Source: Eledone cirrhosa
Taxonomy: Eukaryota
Assembly (NCBI GenBank): GCA_964016885.1
Contig: OZ024742.1
Location: 303,552,001-303,616,000 of the forward strand
Reading direction: 5' to 3'
Length of the DNA: 64,000 bases
Made by a program: the position numbers and the translations under genes. The notes below the pieces were generated by a model. It was not told the DNA's origin and did no database searches. It saw nothing but the letters and a program-made list of their open reading frames with translations. Positions 28,213 through 43,880 of this stretch are shown here, one piece after another (position 1 is the first letter of the stretch; each line of letters starts with the position of its first letter).

Positions 28213-28345
28213 CGACCCAGTACTAGACAGGTACTTTTTAAAATCAATTGTCGAAAGGATGACAGGCACAGTTGATCTAGACGGGATTTTATCGATCTTA
28301 AAAGGATGAAAGGCAACGTTGACCTCGGCGGGATTTGAACTCAGT
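28213..28345 (-). mobile_element. tRNA-derived SINE fragment (Deu/Nin-like central domain)
   Basis: Minus: ctgagttcaaatcccgccgaggtcaacgttgcctttcatcct (B box plus conserved domain). Confidence 0.7.
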
Positions 28346-28392
28346 GAGCAGATAGTCGAAACGACTTTGCAAATTCGAAAATAAAGATCTCA

Positions 28393-28489
28393 ATGACTTT
28401 GCCTTTCATCCTTACGGGGTCGATAAAATAAAGTATCAGTAATGTACTGGGTAATTGCTGGCCTTGTGCCTAAAGTAGAAACAATTATT
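28393..28489 (+). mobile_element. SINE 3' part (Deu/Nin-like family)
   Basis: actttgcctttcatccttacggggtcgataaaataaagta.cagtaatgtactgg...cctaaagtagaaacaattatt, as at 29757, 31719 and 45160. Confidence 0.8.
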
Positions 28490-29756
28490 ACTAGTTGTGC
28501 AAAGTTACATTTTCAGGTTTTTAAAGTTAAATCTCTACATACACATATGCAGCTGAAGGAATTAAAATGACTTAGGCATTGCTGTGGCACATGAGGCATT
28601 AACATGGGCATACATCTGGTGTAAATCCAACAAAGAACAACGTAAGTTAGCTGGTACCACCATAGCATTAAAATATAGACTAACTTGTAGCTGCTCTCCA
28701 CACTGATATCAAGTGTATGTGTGAACAGTTCAATTTGATTTTATGAGCCACCTTTAGATCATTTAGATAATTGTTTTGAATTTACTCATGACATTAGCTA
28801 CATTCAGGAAATACAGAACATAAATATAAATACTACAATGTGTTTGACTCTTTCTCTCTTATTTATGTTCATCTAAGAACATTGTACTGAAGGAAATATA
28901 TAAGAATTCCACAGGTACCACGATAAAACGAAACCAGTCCACTCTGTAATGTGGAAGAGCTGATGCTGCAAGGAGAAATGGACAGTTCAACCTGTAAGAT
29001 ATTTGGTGTTAAGGAGGGCATCCAGTCTCAGGGACTACGTCAAATATGGAATATGTAAGAGAGGTCAGGTCACTGAGACTCGTCTGATCTCGAACCGTGA
29101 CAACATTAATCAATGTCAGCGTGGAAAGCAGACGTAATCGTAAAAATGACAATGACAACACAACGACGACGATGATTGTGGTAGTAATGGTAGTGATTGT
29201 GGTGGTGGTGGTGACGGCGTATAATAATGATGATGATGATTGTGATACAAAATAGGAAATATTTACAATTTTGAATGGAAACTATATTTAATGTATTGAA
29301 ACTCAAGTCGACACATTAAATGTTGTTAGACTGAAGATGATGACAATAAATAGATGAATTACAGAAATATAATGAAAGCGTTAATCTATTCAATAAATGA
29401 AGTTATGAATTTGTATGGCCCTCTTAGATATTATAAGTACGAAAGTTATGTTTAAACATTTCAACTAAGGTTTCTAGTAAATGATATATAAAGTTTTGTT
29501 TCTAAAGAGAAACTATCTTAATATTCCTTATATTAATTTAAATATGAAAAAATACAAACATTATGGAACCTTAATTATACATCATTGAATTGTATTTTTT
29601 TATATTTTCTAAGCTTAATCTATTTTGTTTTAATTTTCTTTTAATATCAATTTGCAAAATATATTCCGTTGTTTGAGTGTGAGAAATTAGTTTCTACTTC
29701 ATTGAAATAGGTGTTAACACGGATTCGGCATACTCGTCAGTTTTACTAATATTATT

Positions 29757-29868
29757 AAATCCCGCCGAGGTTGACTTTGCCTTCCATCCTTACGGGGTCG
29801 ATAAAATAAAGTACCAGTAATGCACTGGATAATTGCTGGCCTTGTGCCTAAAGTAGAAACAATTATTA
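29757..29868 (+). mobile_element. SINE 3' part (same family)
   Basis: aaatcccgccgaggttgactttgccttccatccttacggggtcgataaa... Confidence 0.8.
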
Positions 29869-29935
29869 TTGTAGCCATTATATTTGAACAAATAACAACA
29901 GCAACAATGCAAAACACTAATAATTATAATGATGG

Positions 29936-30142
29936 TTTCTAATACAGGGACAAGGCCAGCAATTTGGGAAGAGGGGGAAAGTCGACTAAATCAACCCCAG
30001 TGCATTACTGGTACTTTATATTATATATCCCGTAAGGATGAAAGGCAAAGCTAATCTCGACAGGATTTCAACTCAGAACGTTAAGGGCTGTAAGTCTATG
30101 CCGCTAAGCATGTTTTCCGACGCTCTACCGATACTGCCAATC
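29936..30142 (-). mobile_element. Near full-length tRNA-derived SINE (related subfamily)
   Basis: Minus: tggcagtatcggtagagcgtcgga (A box)...ctgagttgaaatcc (B box)...gcctttcatccttacggg...gctggccttgtccc. Confidence 0.75.
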
Positions 30143-31090
30143 ATTTCTTTATTGACCGCAAGACCCGAAATATGAAGGACAATACAAAAGATGAGAGAAG
30201 TTGGAGGGGTATATGAAACGTATAAAAATGAAAAACGGAAAAAAAAAAATGAGTGATAAATAAATATCAACATAATTCCCAAATGAGGGGAGGGGGGGAG
30301 CATAACACAGGTGAATTTGGGTAACTGTACAGATCCGAACCTGCTTTAATTGCTAAGAGCACTATCGGAAGGTGCCCCTCTCCACTCTAAACTGCCCAGC
30401 CTACAGGCGCATTCTCAGTTTAAGCCTATTCACTCAGGCTATCCTCAGTACATTCACCTACATTTAACAAATATACGCATGTGTGTGTGTGTGTGGAGGA
30501 GGGGGAGGGTAAAACTTTCCTCACAACACTCATCCTCCTTTCCAAGTGGAACGTGAAAAGGTTGATAGTTCCTTGGTGGAAGAGGAATCTTTCTATCTTC
30601 ATTCCTTTCTTTGACATCCACCACACAATTCCTTTTGCTACAGCCACAACATGGAGGAAAAGTACATGTTCCTCTCGGCTAAAAGAAGATGGCTGGGCAC
30701 TCTTCACGGTGAAGTCGGCCGATAGCCGGATCAGACCCACACATGACAATAGGTGACTCCCGTTCTACTATTTTCAAGGCTGGATTTCCATCGGATTACT
30801 TCCCCTTATTATTCGACCATTGCCATAACTCTGGCTTGCTCTCTCTGGTGTGGTGCATTTTTTACACAGATTTTTTGTTGTTTTCTTTCCGAGAGACAAC
30901 AGAAACATCACATATTCCTGTAAGATGCAGTTCATGGTAGAGACTGCAGGCTTCTTGTTCAATGTGGCAGACATCCACAATGATGTCGTATATATTTCCT
31001 CTTCACATATATAATACAGCAACCCATATTACTCTCATGCATCTCTACCTGTAATGGATTGGGCTAATCCAGTCTTCCGTTTCTTCAAAT
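30143..31090 (-). mobile_element. Degenerate LINE 3' fragment, probably L1/Tx1-like; homologous to 58822-59280
   Basis: Peptide AVAKGIVWW...FHLERRMSVVRKVL resembles FHLTRKISVEREVL at 59095-59355; AATAAA near the 3' end on minus; clade assignment from recall only. Confidence 0.5.
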
Positions 31091-31557
31091 GTAAACGTGT
31101 TTAATAAAAAGAAGTTTTATTATTGTTGGCACCCTTAGTACAAAATGCTATATACATCTTATAAAACTCATATATGTTTGTTATGGTTGAGTTATATAAT
31201 ATATGAATAGCAATTCTAGCCATAATGATTCGCACTTTTCTTTTCATGTAGTTATTGCGTTATAAGATCACAGCAGTGTAAATTGAACCTTCTTTGTTAG
31301 GTGAGAAGGAAGAGTGATATTCTTTTGAGAGAACACCCCACTGACACTTGGGTTAAACCTGTTTTAGAGCGTGGTCGTATTAAACCCCAAACAGTAGTCC
31401 TCATAAACAAGTGGCAAGTGGCAGTTATTTGTTTAAACCACGCTGTAATCATGGTTCTGACTGATGTGTTATCTAGAGTTGAATATCTTCAGCGCTACCT
31501 CAGTTTGGTTCGATTTGGTGATCCATTCCTCCTTGTTGATAGAGACTGCTGACATTT

Positions 31558-31563
31558 GGTGGC

Positions 31564-31621
<58 letters not shown>

Positions 31622-31692
31622 TTGGTGGTGGTGGTGATGGTGGTGGTGGTGGTGATGGTGGTGGTGGTGGAGGTGGTAGTAGTAGTAGTAGT
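31558..31692. repeat. Compound (TAG)n/(TGG)n microsatellite
   Basis: Direct reading. Confidence 0.95.
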
Positions 31693-31718
31693 TTTTATAC
31701 AACACGCGAATCACCATT

Positions 31719-32006
31719 AATCTCGTCGAGGTTAACTTAGCCTTTCATCCTTACGGGGTCGATGAAATAAAGTACCAGTAATGCACTGGTAATTGATGGC
31801 CTTGTCCCAAAGTAGTAACAATTATTAAGAAGGGCGGTGGATTGGCAGTATCTGTAGAGAGTCGGACACAATACTTTGAAGCATAGAGTTATCTCCGTTT
31901 ATGATCTGAGTTCAAATCCTGCCGAGGTTAACTTTGCCTTTCATCCTTACGGGGTCGATAAAATAAAGTACCAGTAATGTACTGCCAAAAATAGAAACAA
32001 TTATTA
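31719..32006 (+). mobile_element. Tandem SINE pair (truncated 31719-31826, near full-length 31830-32006)
   Basis: A box ggattggcagtatctgtagag, B box ctgagttcaaatcc, Deu/Nin-like domain present twice. Confidence 0.8.
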
Positions 32007-33544
32007 AGAAGGTATTTGAATAAAACCTACTTTGAAATATATACATTTAGCCGTTAGATTTCATGAAATATATTTTTAATATATACTTAACATTTTGATT
32101 TTTAGTTTTGCATACTCAGAAAATGAATGCTAGTTAGAAGAACGTAAGGTATCTTAAAATTAGTGATTTAAAATAAATGCTTCGAGTGTAGCATGAAATG
32201 ACTGGTGGTGATGTTCAAACGTCGTTTAGTTTAGTTAACTATTTATTTAAATACATAATGGCACCTATGGACTTCAGTATAGAATCCGTTTCCAATTTGA
32301 GTTCTTTGGTAGTCATGCAAGCAGTCCTGTATCTGGGATTGAAACCGACACCAAATACTTCAGCAGTAAACGTCCTAATTTCAACCGAATACCAGCACCC
32401 AACAAAGAACGTACATATCTACATATCTCCAAAGTCATGAGGATAGCATCGCATCCTCTTCTTCGTCATTGCCTCATTGTAAATATTTATGTTATGAGAA
32501 CAAATTCAATATGCATTCTAATTCAATATATTTGATGTTATATCATGTGAATATGGATATGATGAAACCACGAAAATTATCTGTCGATTGATCTGATAAT
32601 GTGATAGGTTATAATGTTTTAACACTTTCTAGATATGTGGTTCATCCTATGAAATTCTAATTTCAATGTGAATGTCATAAATTCTACATGATACCTCAGT
32701 TCGACAAGGATTTATACGATCAAATACTAACACAAAATTATGTACATTATATACAAAAACTGTCTTTAATCTCAATATTTTTATGTTTGTATTGTATCAT
32801 CCTTCACGTTCCACATATACTCATTTTTATTGCTCACAAAATATTATGTATTTCACGTAAAAAAGATATTTATGCAGAAGATCTATTCACAATCTATTGG
32901 ATTAGAATATGATACGATCATAGCAAACTTTACAAGTTGAGGGCATGGAAAGAGATAAAAAGTAACTCCCAAAACAATTGAGATATACTTAAAGAACTTT
33001 GCGAAGCAATAAATCGAAGTATATATAACTAATTAACATTTATCACATTTCTCGACAGAGCTGTTCTGCTACAGAACGGGTCGCAAGTGGTGGATACGAG
33101 CCCGAATCTACAGAAGTAAAGTTCTTACAGAGATGGAGCATTGGGTGCCACTGTTATCACCGAAAAAAATTCGCATAACCGAGTGATGCAGCTATGATAA
33201 GGTGAGTAAAGGTCGCCTCTAAACGTGCCTAGTCTTCGTGGTATGCGAAAAGTACCAAATTGAAGACTGGTGCTAATGCAACCACCAAAACACTACAATA
33301 TGGCCGGAAACAGTGAAGACATTCCGTATCTCAACGTCCTCAGCACGGGATTAAAAAAAACGCGTTCAGGCCTTAGGTAAAGGGACCTGCTCGAAAAATA
33401 TATTGCTCTCTCTATCCAAAGCTGCAAAAATTGGCCATGTTACAGCGACCTGTTATTAGGAGGTGTGAGATGGAAGCACAAAGTTTACGTATTCCTAGAA
33501 CCCAAACAGGATCCGGAAGGAAACAAACCTTGAAAGATTGGTAA

Positions 33545-34100
33545 TTGGAACAGAATGTTATGGATGGGATACCATTGGGAGAGAGGATTTGCCTCTTGTA
33601 TCATGTGGATTTCAAGCGTGTTGAAGCCGAATTAAGTACAGGAAATATAGATGTGGTCGTAATGCGTCAGCTTCTGCTTTCGGTCCTCAAAAGAAAGGAG
33701 TTATGTGTGAAAGCGAAATTCCCTATCTTCAATTCGGTATTCCTGTGAACTCTTGTGTATGGTTATATGAATGTTGGACTAATGACCGAAGGAATAAGAA
33801 CGCGAATGCAACTGCTCGAAAAGGGTTTCCAACGAGGAGTCTTTGTAGGAACTTTATTCGATGAAGTAATTATGTCGACGATCAAGGAGTTGCTCCAGGT
33901 AGAACCGGTAAATTTCCGAAATGAAAGATTACAGCACCGATATTACGGGCGTTTTAACGAAATAGAGGGAAAATGACGCATGGATGAGTATCCTCAACTT
34001 CCAACTAATTTAACGTCCGACTCTAGGTCCCGGCCAACAGGATGGAGAATACATTGCCCTGAAGGACGGTGTGGAACATGCGCTGGAACAGCCACTCCAC
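33545..34100 (+). mobile_element. Degenerate RTE-clade LINE, post-RT C-terminal region
   Basis: VMRQLLLSVLKRKELCVKAKFPIFNSVF / MYG...MTEGIRTRMQ..E.GFQR...IKELLQVEP...ERLQHRYYG matches the RTE/Rex3-type C-terminus; frameshifted. Confidence 0.7.
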
Positions 34101-34616
34101 CTATTGATAGAAAAATAACAATAAAAATAGTGTTAGTATTAGAGTAAAACATCTACATTCTAAATCAGTACCCAAGAAGCTGCTGCTACGTGAGTTCCGT
34201 ATTTCAATATATGGAAATTAATTTCCATATAAAGTATTATCACAAAATCAAAGGTTGATAGGTTAAAACTGCTCATTCATTTGGAGCCATTACTTTTTAT
34301 AAAATAAACAATCCGTCTAAGATCTTAGGTATCAATTGTTGTTTTCCTATATGATATAGTAATCAAGTACTTGTTATGGGGAATATTAATATATGGAGGA
34401 TATTCGCAGAAAACATTGATTACTGATTCCTTCATTGCCACCGTTAAATTATACAGATGAATATTGTTTTCTTACTCAGGTATAAACTAAAAATTAGATA
34501 TTGTGAAAGATAAGTTTGAATCAAGCTCATGAGATGCAGAAATATCTCGCAACCGATATGACACCAACATTAGAAAATGCCATTATACCATTAAGGTATA
34601 TATATATTCTAGGTAT

Positions 34617-34731
<115 letters not shown>

Positions 34732-37700
34732 CACACCGGATGACCCATTGACGCAATGGATATTAATTAATCTCCCGAAAATGAAGTATTTAAATAAAAA
34801 TAGTTGAATCCAGTAGCATTTCTACTCAGTGGGTAGAGAAACTCAGACAAGGTTTAAATTTTGCTAAACATTTTGGTCATTCTAAAAACGAATTGTAAGG
34901 TACATTCATTGGCAATTTAATTTTAAGTTGGCGTTATTGAAAATGTTCACTGTGCCTTGTGATTATTACTCTTTAGTTTCAAAGCACATGAACAAACATA
35001 ATAATAGTATTAATTTATACCTATTATGTGGCTGAATTACTTAAATCCTGATTCATGATGACTCACCTATCATAAAGAATCGCTAAGTTCAATATGGAAG
35101 TATAAGAATTAACAATATAGTATATGACAAGAATGTAATATTTTTTAAGTCGAAACTTTCGATTTAAGATCGTATATAGCATATGACATTGGATTAAGAA
35201 AAGAAAATCTAAAAAGGTTTCGAAGAACACACTTTCGTTTAGACGTCATATAAAATATAAAGGAAGGGCAAAACTGGATTATGAATCAGAGTTTGAATAA
35301 CATCTGTAAGGCATGAATTGCTAATAAAATAAATGATTTGTTTCTGAAAATAATATTTCAAAGATAGATACGACTATTTTTGAATGCGGGATTATAATAA
35401 CCAAGTTAGCGTTAATAAACACATTATGTATAAGTAAATAGGAAATAAATACATTTCTGTTCCTACTTTCATATTTGTAAATGAAAAATAAATATATTAC
35501 CGTCCCTACTATCATATTTGTTTTCTTCAAAAGAATACTCAGCAAAACTTTATATAATACAATATTTAATGGTATATTTAAGCTATACTATTTTCCCGGG
35601 AAATACGACGCAAACAATGGAAAAATAAAATATATTTTCTTATAAATTGTATTAGACCTAAGCGTTAAGAGATTGCACATGTTATTTAATAAAAACAAAT
35701 AAATAATATAACAATATTATATCTCGTTGAACCTTTCAATGTGATAGAGTTTCCAATATGTTCAATTACAACAATATATATTATTCTATAATATAAAACA
35801 TATATTTAAAGTAATTTATTTATTGTGTTTATTCTATACGACAATTTAGATAAGAAAAAAAAAATCGAAATAAAATTACACTTGTTCAGAAGCATTGTGC
35901 GTTTAAAGACGATAATAAATATTATCTATTATCAGTAATGTACTTCAGCTTGATGGTTATATCACATACACCGTTTCTAACAAAAGGCAGGAATTACAAC
36001 AGATGCAAGTTTCGATCAGTTTTGTTCTTCAATCTGAATAAATATATCATATTAACAGAAGTTATAAAAGAAATAATTTACAAGTTGCGATATTATTCAA
36101 GCAGACAGAAATAATTCTTACCTCATAAATTAAAAAGAAAATTGTGAAGAATGGAAAGAAAAAATCAGAACAATTTCACCATATTCCTTTCAAAACTCAC
36201 CGTAAAATTGAATCGCACTCTCCCTTTCTTTACTATTTTATATTCATTTATCTATCTAGAAATACACACACACACGTGCGCGCGCTCACACACACACGCA
36301 CACACGCACACATTCACGCACACACCACACATGCACACATACATACGCACACGCATTATCGGCATCTCTCTCTATCAACCACACTCAACACACACTATCT
36401 CCATCTTCTATAAACCCACTGATTCCCTAACCTACCTCGATTTCACATATTCCAACCCATCCACACCAAACTCTCTATACTGTACTCCCAATTTACCCGT
36501 CGTTGTCGTCGTTGTGTCTGTAGCCGGGACGACGAGACCCAGGCCCAACACATGACATCCCGCTTCATCCAGCGTGGATATCCACGCTGCCCTAACCCGC
36601 GCCTGTAAAACCATATCCTCCTTTGCTTTCGCATCCTCTCTTCTGACCCCGACACTTTTCGCCCTCTTTACCAACCCGCATATCACCGCATTGATGCGCG
36701 TCCGGAACCTCTTCGACCTCCTGGTACGCAGTTCCTTCCTTTCCTGTCATAAGACTCCACCAGCTCCTGTCACTGTTCTCGCCCCCGATGTAACACCCGC
36801 GTGCGCACGCACACACATGCACATTCACTTTATATATACACACAAATAGTCATAAAACGCAGCTCCTCCATACTCATTATGCCTTCAAGTACGTGATCCA
36901 CTGAAGCTCTGCCATTTCGGATAATGTGAAAGTCAACATAAAAATTTCATACTTAGTAACAGTGATGAAGAATGTGTCTCCCATGTGTGATCCAAAAGAA
37001 TTCGAGAGACGCATACCAAACTTCGTCCACTGCATGCAGTGCTCTGTCTACAATCAAAGAGACAGGATAGGGGCGAATAAAGCAGTAAGAGCTAAATGAT
37101 GAATATTATAGAAAATGAAGCAAATAGGAATTGCCTCATGAATAGGAGCAAATTTCGGAATAGGATAGAGAGAACTAAGAAAAGACTATAATATAAACTC
37201 AGATTATGACAGCAATAAATACCAGTGTAGAATGTTCATCAATGAAACCCCCAGAGGCAAACAAGCTTATATATTTAGAAGGGTCTTAGACGAAGTAAAA
37301 TTTTAATATTAAGATAGTAGGAAAGCCATTTTTTTATAAAATCCTTAATTAGTTGAACATACCCATTGAGACCCCCCCCCCCCCCCTGCACAGAGAGAAA
37401 ATGTATAGTCTGCCGATTAATACCACAAATTAACTGCAAAACTAGGAACGTAGTATATAGCATAAGATGCCCGGAAAGACAGTGTAGGAATAGGACCACG
37501 ACATACAGGGGAAAAGGATAAAAGAACACTGTTGAGGACACCAAGTTGAGTAAACTTCATCAGTACTCCACCAACATGCCAGAACGGAACATGGGGGTTC
37601 ATTAGAAAACCTCCTGATATAAATTATATCCACTCACAGAACAGACGCTATGCTGCGATGGGTTACTGAAACGCCAATCATTAACGAACTCTGATCAAAA

Positions 37701-39836
37701 CTAAAGAGAAAGCATGAGTGAAACAGAAGCAAACTCACAACATAGTAATTACGGACGATATAAAAACATATTGAGAAACACAAGAACTAAATTAATAAGA
37801 TAAATTTAAACTGTGATCTCAACTGTTATTAGACGCCTTGGGGATTTTTTACGAGGTCTGAACACAAGGTTGGTTAACTGCCTGCACTTTTGCGAAGTAA
37901 ACTAGTTTCTCGTTTAGCTACATATTATTTTTGTCGCATTGAATAACTGTGTGCAGATCTGAGTGAAGATGTCCAATTTCCTATTCTGCTGATGACTTTC
38001 TGAATAGTAATCCCATTTACAACTGACTGTTGATTGCATTTGCGACAGAACACAATTTTGAGCGCAAGTCCCTCTTCTCTTCCCACCAATTCTAGACCCT
38101 CTGAAATAACTCTATATATGTGCAGGACCTATTACGAAATAGTTCAGGAAAACATAATTTGATACAATATCATTAAAAATAACATGTGAGGAATTAAATG
38201 TACTATATTTTCAGGTGTAATATTTCCTTGACATTAGATTTATTATCTTGTTTCCCTTTGCATAATGAAACTCCTACTCAGTGAGAAGTATTAAGTGTGT
38301 ATAAATATACAGGATGAGGCTGCAGTTCGAGAGTATGCTTTTACCCATAGTCACACCGGTGAACAGTTCAGACACGATTTCTGGGTCAGTATTGTATCCT
38401 GGTAAATGAGTTCTAAATATGAAACTTGGGAGACATCTTAATTCAGCAACGAAAAGTTTTTAATTATGTATCCGGTTCGTATTAACTATTTTTTGTTATT
38501 TTTGGTATAGATAGTGGCCTATAATATTCTTGTATAATATTGCTATGTATAACTCTGAAACCCCCGGTTTAAACAAAGTTCTGAAAAGAATTAGTATCAT
38601 ACATTCTGATTTGGCTGCAAAATCATAAGCGAAATAATACCAGAAATTGTTTCCATAAGCAAAACATTAATAGTTGTTAGCATAGTGCCCCATGCTTTGA
38701 TAAACACGCTATAACATGGAATCACCACAACGCTATGTTTTTTAAAGCCGAGCAATAAAGACGACGTTGGTACCTTGAAATACTGAATTCAGTTCAAGCA
38801 ATACATAAAAGTTGTATCATGACACACCGTATTTCTAAACATTAAGCTATAAAGAAATTGGTATCATTCAACACGGACTGTTTTCAAAGCAAATCCTAAA
38901 ACTATTGTATCATAAAATAGTGAACGTTGATAACATAATCACAAAACACCGATACCGTTCAGTTTATATTTTTTAACATATTGGCAAATACGATGACTCA
39001 CTCATGAAAGATGAAAATACACAATTTGAATACATAACCGTAAAATAATTTTGTATCGTATTTTGTTAAACGAATTCTGAACTGTTACATTAAAAAGTGT
39101 CGTATTTTTATAACCAAATCATAAAATAACTTCTATACGTAATGATTCATATCATACAAAGTTACGATGCAGAACCTTATACCGAAATATTTATATCGCT
39201 AAGAATTCACTTCTTACATAATGCGTAACTTGTTGGTAAAATATCGCCTTTAATCGTTTAACGAATCAAATTATTGGAAAAACTTTATACAACTTTATAC
39301 AAGTTTTACAGCAATAACACATAATACGAAATGTAACTTTTACTTTAGGAACGAACACAGAATCAAGTTTTCAGCTAACTATTTTGAATTTCCTTAATGA
39401 ATATCTAGTTGAAAAATACTATATAGATAATAACAAAACATTGGCTGAGTTTTCACAGATACTATCCGTTAGCTTTTCTGTGATACCTGTAACTTTGAGC
39501 AAAAACAAGAAATTAATTAATATGTATACTGGCAAGGATTATGGATGTCAGTAATATGACCAGGGTGTGTTCTGTGTATAAGTAATTGAGTGCGTTAAAG
39601 AACTTCAATTAACTGAAATTTCACATTCAATAAACTGAGAGTAATTAAAGATGAAAGGGCTAGGAGTTTGCTCGCAAACTTTCATTTGGAATAAAGCAAC
39701 TATATTGAATAAAATGTTGATCTATTGTTATGTTATTTACCGATCTCATGTCATTGTCAATATATATGCAATGCACTGGTTTCAACTATGAAAGAAACCT
39801 AGATTGAATTGATACACTATCTTGAATATTAACGAT

Positions 39837-39877
<41 letters not shown>

Positions 39878-39879
<2 letters not shown>

Positions 39880-40493
39880 TAAATCATAAATCACGTCTAT
39901 AGAATCAATCAGATATTAAAATATATACTATTTCTTCTTCTAATTAGCGTAATTAACCATATACATAATCAAATCTAGCAAGCTTTAAGAATAAATGTTC
40001 TTACGGGGAAATCTCTGACAAACAATTGATCGTAGCCTCTTCGCGGCAGCTCCGTTCCACTATTTATCAAACATTTCGGCAACATGCAGAATCCGATCAA
40101 ATATACCATCTAACTCAGGACAAATCCATATTATTTGGATGTCCTAAATAAGGAAGAAACCATGGTAGAGATATAATTACGGTATGTGCGGTTGATGGTT
40201 ATATTTGACCGGATTCTGCATGTTGCCGAAATGTTTGATAAATAGTGGAACGGAGCTGCCGCGAAGAGGCTACGATCAATTGTTTGTCAGAGATTTCCCT
40301 GTAAGAAAATTTATTCTTAAAGCTTGCTAGATTTGATTATGTATATGGTTAATTACGCTAATTAGAAGAAGAAATAGTATATATTTTAATATCTGATTGA
40401 TTCTATAGACATGATTTATGATATAATGTTATGGTTTTTTGATTTTAATTTATTAATTCTTCATTGAGCTTAAAAGTGAACAGTTGCAACACA
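39878..40493. mobile_element. Fold-back pLTR-like element, ~230-bp arms, with an HHR 3' half in the loop
   Basis: 39884-40113 is the reverse complement of 40191-40424; GAAA-ccatgg-TA-gag at 40156-40170; (TA)n on both sides. Confidence 0.85.
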
Positions 40494-40531
40494 TATATAT
40501 ATCTTTATTTTAATTTTATGTATATGATAAC

Positions 40532-40603
<72 letters not shown>

Positions 40604-41029
40604 CTATGTTGTAATTTAGGAAAACGGAAAATATGATTTCCTAATGGTATGTGAATCTCTTGATATAGAATTTCAAAAGTGTAAATTAATGGTAAAAGAT
40701 GAAGATTGAATCTCTTAGGTGTATTTCATAGAGCTTAGTCAACCTATCTCTTACTAACATTCATAACATGTACTAATCAACAAAATTACGTTGCATCGTC
40801 AGCAACATGGGGAATTCACCTAACATATATTCTAAAGATGAAACTTCTTATTAACTTCATGGATAACACAGATGCCGCTTGGTTATTGACAAAGTAATTA
40901 TTTTGTATTTCAGACATTGCAACTCATTCAGTAAACAGTTCTTATTTTTGAAACGCTCTTTATTGGATAATGAATATTAACAAAGAAATTCTACATGGCC
41001 TCAGTACATAATATATATATATATATAGT

Positions 41030-41184
41030 AATAATAATAAATTTGAAGACTAAAATCCAAAGAGGGCTCGATGAGGATAAATATATATCAAATATATAAG
41101 AACCATAGAGCAAATATTTATTAAAATAACAGATTAAAGTTTAAACAAAGAATCGCTGCTTTCACCCTTAACTGGATCTTCTGA

Positions 41185-41187
<3 letters not shown>
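41030..41187 (-). mobile_element. Short (TA)n-embedded repeat, family shared with 56645-56806
   Basis: tgaagactaaaatcc.aagagggct.gat.a.gataaa...accatagagcaaatatttattaaaataacagattaaagtttaa at both sites. Confidence 0.7.
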
Positions 41188-41252
<65 letters not shown>

Positions 41253-41292
41253 TTCAAATATTAACAAAAATAGACATTCGTGTGATCAAGTA

Positions 41293-41359
41293 TATTTTAT
41301 TATACATATTTCAGAGGTACTGAGCAATCTTCAACAGTACGTCCTCATCAGATAAAATA
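41293..41359 (-). ncRNA. Type I hammerhead ribozyme, intact core
   Basis: Minus: tattttat-CTGATGA-ggacgtactg/cagtacctct-GAAA-tatgta-TA-ataaaata; perfect 8-bp stem I. Confidence 0.88.
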
Positions 41360-41414
41360 AGATGATGCATGACATGCCCTGACTTAGAAGATGGTTAAGA
41401 TTCAGTCATGGTAG

Positions 41415-41466
<52 letters not shown>

Positions 41467-41471
<5 letters not shown>

Positions 41472-41860
41472 TAAACGGAATAGAAAATGCTGACAAATTG
41501 TTCACAGTTGAAAAATGGTTTAATTAGGAATAAAAGAGTATTAGTGATTGTATGGGTTATTATTCAGTTGTGGTTTTAAGTTTTTAAGTTTTTACCGGTT
41601 GCGCATTTCTAAATGCTTTTCAAAAATAATTTTGTGATAGAGTGTCCGTGCTGTTTGCTCTGATCAGAGCAAACAGCACGGACACTCTATCTCAAAATTA
41701 TTTTTGAAAAGCATTTAGAAATGCGCAACCGGTAAAAACTTAAAAACTTAAAACCACAACTGAATACTAACCCATACAATCACTAATACTCTTTTATTCC
41801 TAATTAAACCATTTTTCAACTGTGAACAATTTGTCAGCATTTTCTATTCCGTTTACCAAT
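41467..41860. repeat. Spacer-less 394-bp palindrome (197-bp arms)
   Basis: Centre ctctga|tcagag at 41663/41664; about 2 mismatches seen; flanked by (TA)n. Confidence 0.95.
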
Positions 41861-41898
41861 ATATAATAACTTGTGTGTTACACCTCTATTCTTTTAAC

Positions 41899-41950
<52 letters not shown>

Positions 41951-42251
41951 ATTGACTTCGTTTATTCATATTCGCTGATATATATATATATATATATTTA
42001 TACGAAGTTAATTTTAACCTGTTTTTAAATGACTCTGGAGTTAACAGACCAGCCTGCGCACTTCGTCGAGTGTTTTACACAGCATACTGAAGCGTCGGTA
42101 ATTAACCAATACATACTCAACTTAATATATATATATAATTCGTTTTTAAATTTGTTTTGCAAGATTTCTTATTGATTGATTGTACACAGAGCTGATCGAT
42201 ATCGAACCAATTGTTATATGCCAATCTTCTTACCCCCCCTCTTCTCTGCCT

Positions 42252-43822
<1,571 letters not shown>

Positions 43823-43828
43823 CATCAA

Positions 43829-43880
<52 letters not shown>

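Noticed and set aside
31830-31925. Possible tRNA gene (A and B boxes)
   Set aside because: No cloverleaf; continues into a multi-copy SINE body
42040-42108. Hammerhead-like gttaa-CAGACCA...GAAG-cgtcgg-TA-attaac
   Set aside because: Three or more core mismatches and an unclear stem II
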